From positions 1 to 30,644 of the IMG/VR virus record IMGVR_UViG_3300006867_000048: DNA of 30,644 bases. One strand, given 5' to 3'. Source of the stretch: a virus. Its lineage: Duplodnaviria; Caudoviricetes. Position numbers and translations under genes: made by a program. The notes beneath the pieces were generated by a model. That model had not been told where the DNA came from and searched no databases. It saw only the letters and a list, made by a program, of their open reading frames with translations. Positions 23,859 to 30,644 of the stretch are shown here, in pieces (positions within the stretch are counted from its first letter, which is position 1; each line of letters starts with the position of its first letter).

Positions 23859-24553
23859 TTATGGTAACTTACAAAAAGATTACGGTTGAAGACGTTGAAA
23901 TGTCTGAAGAGGATATTTTCGAGCAACGAAAGTTCCGTGTCCTTGTTGCAGGGGTGGCGCGAAGTGGAACCTCAATGATGAGCGGAATTGTGGAACGATT
24001 GGGTGTTAATTTCTTCTCAACCACCGATACTGAAGAGGAAAAGGAGAAGCGCCGACTAAATGAGCTTAAACGTTTTGGGGAAGACTTTAAGATGAACGAA
24101 GATTTTTACGAAGTTGCTAAGGATGTTTGGCGCTATCGACTCAAGTTATGGAGCGAAGATTATTCGGGCCAAAAAATCTTACTTCCAGTTAGTAGAATGC
24201 ACCCTTCTTATTTTATTAATCCCTGTCGTGTAATTCAAATGTGGAGAGATCCCGAAGAGATTCGACAGTCGCAACAAGCGAGCTATAATGGAGAACAGAT
24301 AATGACTCCTGAACAGTGTGACTTGAAACGTGCTGAACTGTTGAATCATTTAGTTGGCGCTAAAACTTTCTTCGGTGATCGCAACATTCCATCGTTGGAT
24401 GTTGAATATAGAGAAATCTTAGTTAATCCAAAAGGTGTAATTGAAGAGATTGCAAAATTTATCAATGCGCCAAATCCAATTGATGAAGCTGTGGCATGGG
24501 TGAATCCTGATAAGAACAGATTCAAGAAAGAAGAATTAACGAAAGACATATAA
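23855..24553 (+). CDS. sulfotransferase-family (P-loop) protein
   Basis: 5'-PSB motif GVARSGTSMM, 3'-PB MWRDPEEIRQS, VEYREILVNP...IEEIAKF; ATG start may be 23861. Confidence 0.85.
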   Translation: MIMVTYKKITVEDVEMSEEDIFEQRKFRVLVAGVARSGTSMMSGIVERLGVNFFSTTDTEEEKEKRRLNELKRFGEDFKMNEDFYEVAKDVWRYRLKLWSEDYSGQKILLPVSRMHPSYFINPCRVIQMWRDPEEIRQSQQASYNGEQIMTPEQCDLKRAELLNHLVGAKTFFGDRNIPSLDVEYREILVNPKGVIEEIAKFINAPNPIDEAVAWVNPDKNRFKKEELTKDI

Positions 24554-25182
24554 TGAGTGACGAAGCAGAACAAGTAGAAGTTGTAAATGATGATGCTGTT
24601 TTCTTACCCGAAGGGGTGACAATTGTAGATGATACATTACCGTTGGAGCTACAAATGATGTCAGATGGTAGACCTGTTCTACAAGAGATGCTGGCTAAGA
24701 GAACAGAAACCACGAAGACCTTTTATAATTGGAGTACAGGAACTCGGCGCTTAATTTCCGCCAACCGTCCCATACATTACATTAAGGATCAGTATTGGGT
24801 CGATATTACAGGCGAGATTCAAGATGCTACTGTGCCATATGTAGAGACTCCTACCTATTTTGTAAAGCTACATGAGAATAAGGTTGCTGTTACAGACAGA
24901 AATAAAACAACATCAATTGATATACCCGTTGAAGGGGATCGAAGCTATGAATGTAATATGGTAGCATACGAAGAAGTTGTTTTTTCATTTGAGCCGTATA
25001 GCATATCAGTTGTCACGGCCCGAAAAGAAATCGTTGAACACTTCGGTTCATATATCGCTCATGACGCTGAAGGTAATATGGTGGAGGACGACAAAGCTAT
25101 ACATATTGATAACGAAACTCGTGTTCGCACAGAAAAAGAAATCGTTGCTCCAGTAGTTTATCAAGCTAGCTTTAATTTCTAA
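24553..25182 (+). CDS. hypothetical, resembles N-terminal region of DNRLRE/RHS-associated proteins
   Basis: KRTETTKTFYN...PIHY...WVDI motif; TAATG coupling. Confidence 0.55.
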   Translation: MSDEAEQVEVVNDDAVFLPEGVTIVDDTLPLELQMMSDGRPVLQEMLAKRTETTKTFYNWSTGTRRLISANRPIHYIKDQYWVDITGEIQDATVPYVETPTYFVKLHENKVAVTDRNKTTSIDIPVEGDRSYECNMVAYEEVVFSFEPYSISVVTARKEIVEHFGSYIAHDAEGNMVEDDKAIHIDNETRVRTEKEIVAPVVYQASFNF

Positions 25183-25913
25183 TGCCCTCCCCTTCGTTTA
25201 CAATTAATACCGCTAAAGCGGACGCATTGGGTTATGTAAGTGCTAGCTATGCTAGCAAGAGTGCTTATACAGGTAATCCAGCTTCCCCTAATACTATAGC
25301 TATTTATCCATCAACTCTGACAACAGTAAACCCTGTCATACTTACTTGTGGTAATTCACACACTACGGGAGGAAACTTTTATGCTCGTCGCACCTATATG
25401 TTGTTAGACGTGACGGGTATTAACAAAGGAGATACTATTAATAGTGCAACACTTAATTGTGATTTACAAGCACAGAATTATTGGGCTGGTGCAACAACAA
25501 AATCTGTTGGGGCGTTTATGTGGATAGCGGGAAGTGCTTCGCCATCTGCGTCACAATCTGTTACTCCTAATACTGGTGCTGCCGCGCCAACAGCAAATCA
25601 ATTCTTAACTTCCAACACATCTAAATGGAAATCTGTATGGACAGGGTTAACTTTAACAACTACTAGTGCCGATGCCACTCATAGTTGGGATTATACCTCT
25701 CACGTGCAAAATTTAGTTGATAGTTATTATTTTAATCCTCAAAAAATATTAGTTAGATTCACTGCTAATAATGTGACTTATACTCAAGCTTCATCAGGAA
25801 CCTTTTTGAAAACATCAATGGATAGAGGCGGGAACAATACATATCTTGCTGTAGATTATACTGCTGCTCCACCAGCGGGATCAGATTTTGTGCCCCAAAT
25901 CATCTTTTCTTAG
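25182..25913 (+). CDS. DNRLRE/CBM-like beta-sandwich, probable virion or receptor-binding protein
   Basis: RTYMLLDVTGI...INSATL, WDYTSHVQNLVD, YLAVDYT; S/T/A/N-rich. Confidence 0.65.
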   Translation: MPSPSFTINTAKADALGYVSASYASKSAYTGNPASPNTIAIYPSTLTTVNPVILTCGNSHTTGGNFYARRTYMLLDVTGINKGDTINSATLNCDLQAQNYWAGATTKSVGAFMWIAGSASPSASQSVTPNTGAAAPTANQFLTSNTSKWKSVWTGLTLTTTSADATHSWDYTSHVQNLVDSYYFNPQKILVRFTANNVTYTQASSGTFLKTSMDRGGNNTYLAVDYTAAPPAGSDFVPQIIFS

Positions 25914-25929
25914 GTGTAATTAGGGGTAT

Positions 25930-26607
25930 ATGTCAAAGAAACGTTTCGAGACTGGTGTTCTTTTAGGACACATAGAACTGACGGAGAAACAACAAGAGTT
26001 TCATAAAATCATGACGAACTACAACACGCGTGTAGTTTTTCTATCTGGACCAGCAGGGTCATCCAAATCATTCCTGTCCGTATATTCGGCACTAGATTTG
26101 TATAATAAAGACAAGCGGCGAACTATCACCTACTTGCGCACGGTGATAGAATCAGCAAGTAAAGGAATTGGTTTTTTAAAAGGGGATATGGATCAAAAAC
26201 TATCACCTTATCTTCGACCATTAGAAGAAAAAATCTGTGACCTCCTTAATGAACAGGAGAAAGATATGATGAAGCGCCAAAATGTGTTATCAGGAGAGCC
26301 TGTGAATTTCGTGCGGGGTCAAGACTGGAAGCATAAAGTAGTAATTGCCGATGAGATGCAAAATGCCACCATCAAAGAGCTACTGACTGTGATGACACGT
26401 ATCAACGATAATACAAAGTTATATATATGCGGGGATAAGAGGCAAAGCGATATTAATAACAGTGGTTTTGAGCAGTTGTTTGATTTATTCAATGATGAAG
26501 TTTCCAGAGAGCAAGGGATACACTGTTGCGAGTTCGATCATGATGATATCATGCGTGATCCCGTAGTAAGTTATGTCATTAAAAAGATAGATTCATTGAG
26601 AAATTAG
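25930..26607 (+). CDS. phoH: PhoH-like ATPase
   Basis: GPAGSSKS, IGFLKG, FVRG, IADEMQN, MTRI, GDKRQSD, DIMRDPVV. Confidence 0.95.
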   Translation: MSKKRFETGVLLGHIELTEKQQEFHKIMTNYNTRVVFLSGPAGSSKSFLSVYSALDLYNKDKRRTITYLRTVIESASKGIGFLKGDMDQKLSPYLRPLEEKICDLLNEQEKDMMKRQNVLSGEPVNFVRGQDWKHKVVIADEMQNATIKELLTVMTRINDNTKLYICGDKRQSDINNSGFEQLFDLFNDEVSREQGIHCCEFDHDDIMRDPVVSYVIKKIDSLRN

Positions 26608-26652
26608 GAGTAAGTTAGTATAATATTAGTGTAACACGGTTAAAGACTAGAC

Positions 26653-27012
26653 ATGACTTATAAATTTTGTCCACATTGCGCGGCGAAGAACTTCTTCGAA
26701 ATCGAGCCTAAATTTTGCTGTTCGTGCGGTGAGCCTTTGAATGCGGCAGTAGTTGCATCGAGCGGAGCACCTAGCATGGACGATTCAACGTCTCCAGTTG
26801 ATTCTGGCGGATTTCGTAAACCAGCTAAACTGGACGTTGATATCGACATACCAGAAGAAAGTTGGGAAAAATTCGGTGAAAATATCGGCACCGCGCCAGA
26901 CGAAAATTATCAAAGGGATTCGCGACCTGAATTTAGAAAGGACGTTCCCATCAGACAAGTACTTCTAGAAGACCGTCAACTCAAAAAAGGCACTATTGGC
27001 GGAGATGACTAA
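26653..27012 (+). CDS. zinc-ribbon protein
   Basis: FCPHC...PKFCCSCG. Confidence 0.75.
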   Translation: MTYKFCPHCAAKNFFEIEPKFCCSCGEPLNAAVVASSGAPSMDDSTSPVDSGGFRKPAKLDVDIDIPEESWEKFGENIGTAPDENYQRDSRPEFRKDVPIRQVLLEDRQLKKGTIGGDD

Positions 27013-27016
27013 CTAG

Positions 27017-27688
27017 ATGGAAACTTACGAAGATAAACAACACGAAATCGATGAACTACTAGTCAAGATGCGCGGAAAATGGCAACTTGATAGTATCCAA
27101 TGGATGGGCTATGATGATGTCTGCCAACATATCCGCAGGCACATCTGGCAGAAATGGGATCTATGGGACCAGAAGCGTGCGTTCAAGCCATGGTGCCGCA
27201 CGGTAATTTCGCACCAAATTAGTAACCTAATACGAAACAATTATAGAAGTTTTGCGCGGCCCTGTCTCAACTGTGAGCATAATATGGGCGCTGACGCATG
27301 TGGTCTAACAAAATCTAAAGTTCAAGACTCCACATGTAATGAATACGCTAAATGGAAAAAGAAGCGTTCTCATGTATATAATCTGAAACTACCTGTCCCT
27401 ATTGAGGATAAGATGCTTTCGGAAACTGTTGAATTGCATGATGAAATGGACTTTGAGGCTAGTTCTGATAACCTACATGGTTTGGTTATGATGCAACTAA
27501 CTGAACGACAACAACAAGTTTACAGACTTCTATACATTGATCAATTAGATGATGCAGAGGTGGCGAAGAAAATGGGGTTCACTGCCGATGGTAGTAAAAA
27601 TGTAAGATATAAACAGCTTACCAACCTAAAGAAAAAGTTCGTCGCTATTGCTAAAATTGTAATGGAAAACAATGACATTATCGAGTGA
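27017..27688 (+). CDS. phage sigma70-family (ECF-like) sigma factor with Cys-rich insert
   Basis: Region 2 DDVCQ...WDQKRAFKPWCRTVISHQISNLIR; region 4 LTERQQQVYRLLYID...EVAKKMG. Confidence 0.8.
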   Translation: METYEDKQHEIDELLVKMRGKWQLDSIQWMGYDDVCQHIRRHIWQKWDLWDQKRAFKPWCRTVISHQISNLIRNNYRSFARPCLNCEHNMGADACGLTKSKVQDSTCNEYAKWKKKRSHVYNLKLPVPIEDKMLSETVELHDEMDFEASSDNLHGLVMMQLTERQQQVYRLLYIDQLDDAEVAKKMGFTADGSKNVRYKQLTNLKKKFVAIAKIVMENNDIIE

Positions 27689-28748
27689 ACAAATAGAACG
27701 AGCACTGGAACTGTTCGACAGTGGAATTACCAACCTTAATGAAATAACCCAAACAGTCTTCGACAATCCAGAATTGGATGGAAGACACAGAGAGGGTCGT
27801 GCTATTCGTGCTGCACTGGTAGATCAGGGCCGCGAATATGGCACCACTCGTAGTGAAGCAGAAATTCCCGCTGAATTGGATGCCGAAGCACTTCACTTTT
27901 TAAATAACTCAGATAGAATAGTGGGCATGAATCCTTTGGAGATTGCCCGTATGATTTTTAATGATGACACAATTCAAAGTCTATCTTCCCATCACAGAAT
28001 CGTCCTCAACCACCTCCAACAGCATCGTGCCGATGTTATGGATAATACCGAAGCGCCAGCAGTCGGCAACTGGTATAATCCAAAGTCATTGTCTACTACG
28101 CTTAAACGTATTAACAAATGGGCGCACGCAGAATTAGGTGATACTGTAGACGAATTAACAGCAAGACACCTCAAATGCGTAGAGTCACTGTTTCGCTATC
28201 TACAAGCGTTCAAATTAGAATCGACGCTAAACAGCTTTCAAGATCAATCCGACCGTGATCTATTCGAGTCTGAATTTATCCGTGCAACGTGGGATAAACC
28301 AGATTTAACCAATGACGAGTTGAACTTGTATATGACCGTGTGCTCGAACTATGTTCGAATCAAACATATACAGGCTCGAATATCATCCCTCAACACGCTT
28401 TTGCAGGAGCAACAGGCAAACGCTGATGAAGAGGCTAGAGGACTTACTATTCAACTAACTGAGCGCCTTAAGGGAACCAGTGATGAACTGAACCAGACAG
28501 AGAAACGAATAGAGTCGTTAATCCAGAAACTAAATGGTGATCGGGCCAAAAGAAAAGAAAAACAAATGGAGAATAATGCCTCATTTCTCTATATTGTAGA
28601 AGAGTTTCAGCGCAAAGAATCTCGTGATAGATATTTGAAGATTGCGAGGCTACAAAATGCTGCTGTTAAAAAGGAAACTGAGAGGCTTGAATCTGTGGCA
28701 GACATCAAGGCGCGAGTTTTCGGAATTGCACCAGAAGAATTGTTATGA
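27672..28748 (+). CDS. hypothetical protein with C-terminal coiled coil
   Basis: 358 aa; ATGA coupling to next gene. Confidence 0.8.
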   Translation: MTLSSEQIERALELFDSGITNLNEITQTVFDNPELDGRHREGRAIRAALVDQGREYGTTRSEAEIPAELDAEALHFLNNSDRIVGMNPLEIARMIFNDDTIQSLSSHHRIVLNHLQQHRADVMDNTEAPAVGNWYNPKSLSTTLKRINKWAHAELGDTVDELTARHLKCVESLFRYLQAFKLESTLNSFQDQSDRDLFESEFIRATWDKPDLTNDELNLYMTVCSNYVRIKHIQARISSLNTLLQEQQANADEEARGLTIQLTERLKGTSDELNQTEKRIESLIQKLNGDRAKRKEKQMENNASFLYIVEEFQRKESRDRYLKIARLQNAAVKKETERLESVADIKARVFGIAPEELL

Positions 28749-29677
28749 TCTTAACTTGTAAGGAATGTTATCGAGAATTTAAATCAAAGAGAGCTTTACA
28801 TATCCACCTGAAAACACATGGTGGTAAGGCAAAGTATTATCATAAGTTTTATCCGCGCCACGATAGACGGAGCGGCGAAGTTATTCCTTATAAAGACTAC
28901 GACCAATACTTCTCTACTTTTTTTAAATCTCAAGCGAGTAGAGAAGAGTTCTATAGAACAGCGTCACAGAGTGATGTGCATGACGCAATCGTTGACGAAT
29001 GGAATATCAACTTGAAGACAAAGGATTTGACGGTTCTACCAACAGAGACGTTTTTTATGCTTACCAACCTTTGTTCGATCTACGATATCCGTCAAAGTTT
29101 TGGTTCAACGCAACAGTTCTGTAAAGAGCTTCGACTAGAACAACTGTATGACGCTCATATGCCAGCAGATTTCTGGAACACTCCAGCCGACGAATTAGAA
29201 ATGGAGGTGCTGGTTGATACTCGTGAGCAACAGCCGTTCAAGTATACCAATGCACAAGTTCAAAAACTGTCAATTGGTGACTATATGACGGCAGGCAAAT
29301 ATTTTTCAAAAGTAGCTGTTGATAGGAAGTCAACAGAAGATTTTAAAGGAAGCTTCGGTTCACAAATTGATCGTATCAGGGACAACCTACAATTAGCAGA
29401 AGATATGGGATACCGTATCTACTTCGTGGTTGAAGGAACACCTGATCAAATGGAAAAGGAAGCTAAAAGAAATAAGTGGGACCGAACACGTTGGGGATAC
29501 ATCTATAAAAATGTGCGTGATGTATTAGTAGACTACCCAACAACACAAATCATTTTTTGTAATAACCGCAACGAGGCACAGAAAGTCACTCGCAAGATAC
29601 TCTATTATGGAGAGCGACTGTGGCGCGTTGATTTACAGTATTTTTTAAATGTGGGAAAAAGGAGTTCAAGAGTATAG
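28745..29677 (+). CDS. C2H2 zinc finger + ERCC4/XPF-family nuclease
   Basis: CKEC...LHIHLKTH; VDTREQQP, LSIGDY, VDRKSTEDF, VVEG. Confidence 0.85.
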   Translation: MILTCKECYREFKSKRALHIHLKTHGGKAKYYHKFYPRHDRRSGEVIPYKDYDQYFSTFFKSQASREEFYRTASQSDVHDAIVDEWNINLKTKDLTVLPTETFFMLTNLCSIYDIRQSFGSTQQFCKELRLEQLYDAHMPADFWNTPADELEMEVLVDTREQQPFKYTNAQVQKLSIGDYMTAGKYFSKVAVDRKSTEDFKGSFGSQIDRIRDNLQLAEDMGYRIYFVVEGTPDQMEKEAKRNKWDRTRWGYIYKNVRDVLVDYPTTQIIFCNNRNEAQKVTRKILYYGERLWRVDLQYFLNVGKRSSRV

Positions 29678-30644
29678 GTTTGATTTCAGCGCCGAACAAG
29701 TTAATAATGAAATTGAAGCGATTGAAGGGTTCATTCCAGAGGATGAAGCGCAAATATTGGTGTACAGATTTCTTAGAGCTAATATTGGTTTCGCTAGTGA
29801 GCTTCTTCTCGGCGTAAAGCTGTTTCCATTCCAGCACATACTAATTAAAAGTATGATGCTCGGTGACTTCTCTATGTTTGTGTTGTCACGTGGTATGTCT
29901 AAGACATTCTCCGCAGCTATCTACGTGATGCTGCAACTGCTATTCAAGCAGGGTGTCAAGGTTGGCGTATTGAGTAGTGGTTTCCGACAGGCTAAGATGA
30001 TCATGGGTAAAGCCTACGATGTATTGAAAAAACCCGCCGCTAAGATCGTGCGCCCACTATTTGGTAATGGTAAAACTATTATTCAAAAAGGAACGGATCA
30101 ATGGACGTTAACCTGTGGTGCGTCCGAAGCTATTGCACTGCCACTGGCAGACGGAAGTAGGTTACGTGGTTTCCGTTTTCAAATTCTGTTGCTAGATGAG
30201 TTTCTAAACATCTCAAAGAATATCTTTCAGGAGGTTATCTTGCCCTTCATTGGTGTTGTGGATAATCCTACTGTGCGTGCTGATATGCGCGAAGCAGAAA
30301 ACAAACTCATCGAGCAAGGTGTGATGGTAGAAGAAGACCGTTATAAATGGCCTTCAAACAAACTCATCCTTCTATCATCGCCCTCATATACATTTGAATA
30401 TATGTATGAGGTTTATTGTCTATATCGAGACAGGATTTTAGGAGTGCACCATGAGGTGCATCATGACGATGCAGACCTTGCAGATCAATCAGATTACTCT
30501 ATCATTGTGCAACTTGCGTATGATATGGCACCACCTGACCTATACGATAAGAAGCAGCTTTCACAGCACAAACAGACAATGAGTGAAGCCGTTTTCGCAA
30601 AAGAATATGGTGGACAGTTTATCAGTGAAAGCGACAGCTACTTT
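29649..30644 (+). CDS. terL: terminase large subunit, N-terminal ATPase domain (truncated by window)
   Basis: Hand translation: LFPFQ, SRGMSKTF (Walker A), FRQAK, LRGFRFQILLLDEF (Walker B), LSSP, FAKEYGGQF. Confidence 0.9.
   Translation, partial: MWEKGVQEYRFDFSAEQVNNEIEAIEGFIPEDEAQILVYRFLRANIGFASELLLGVKLFPFQHILIKSMMLGDFSMFVLSRGMSKTFSAAIYVMLQLLFKQGVKVGVLSSGFRQAKMIMGKAYDVLKKPAAKIVRPLFGNGKTIIQKGTDQWTLTCGASEAIALPLADGSRLRGFRFQILLLDEFLNISKNIFQEVILPFIGVVDNPTVRADMREAENKLIEQGVMVEEDRYKWPSNKLILLSSPSYTFEYMYEVYCLYRDRILGVHHEVHHDDADLADQSDYSIIVQLAYDMAPPDLYDKKQLSQHKQTMSEAVFAKEYGGQFISESDSYF

Noticed and set aside
3019-29837. Antisense or out-of-frame shadow ORFs (e.g. 3019, 3457, 4869, 6144, 9453, 9888, 14419, 14872, 20444, 21660, 24346, 26658, 27678, 29586)
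   Set aside because: Overlap better-supported genes and lack motifs or promoters

Overview
Segment of a large dsDNA tailed-phage genome (standard genetic code; no integrase, CRISPR, rRNA or canonical tRNA seen). 1-3.9 kb: small + strand genes (macrodomain C-terminus, SprT-like protease, membrane proteins). About 4.0-19.9 kb: an early/accessory region of mostly minus-strand small genes, each short unit driven by a sigma70-like promoter with a 16-bp spacer and often a leaderless ATG; it includes RuvB, a DUF932-like protein, a GHKL-ATPase/peptidase-like protein and five paralog pairs. Its intergenic spaces carry at least 25 exact copies (hand count) of the palindrome TGTTC-N4-GAACA, which matches the published Verrucomicrobia LexA box. 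The copies are usually preceded by a strand-polarised CACGGTGG arm at a fixed 14-bp offset and become denser towards a G-tract at about 19.88 kb that may mark the genome end. 20.3-22.1 kb: a DUF2828 (TROVE/Ro60-like + vWA) gene whose 5' leader contains a circularly permuted tRNA-like (Y-RNA/YrlA-like) structure. Then thyX, and a + strand block: sulfotransferase, DNRLRE-like proteins, PhoH, Zn-ribbon protein, phage sigma factor, ERCC4 nuclease and the N-terminus of the large terminase. All family assignments come from motifs recognised by eye; no searches were run.
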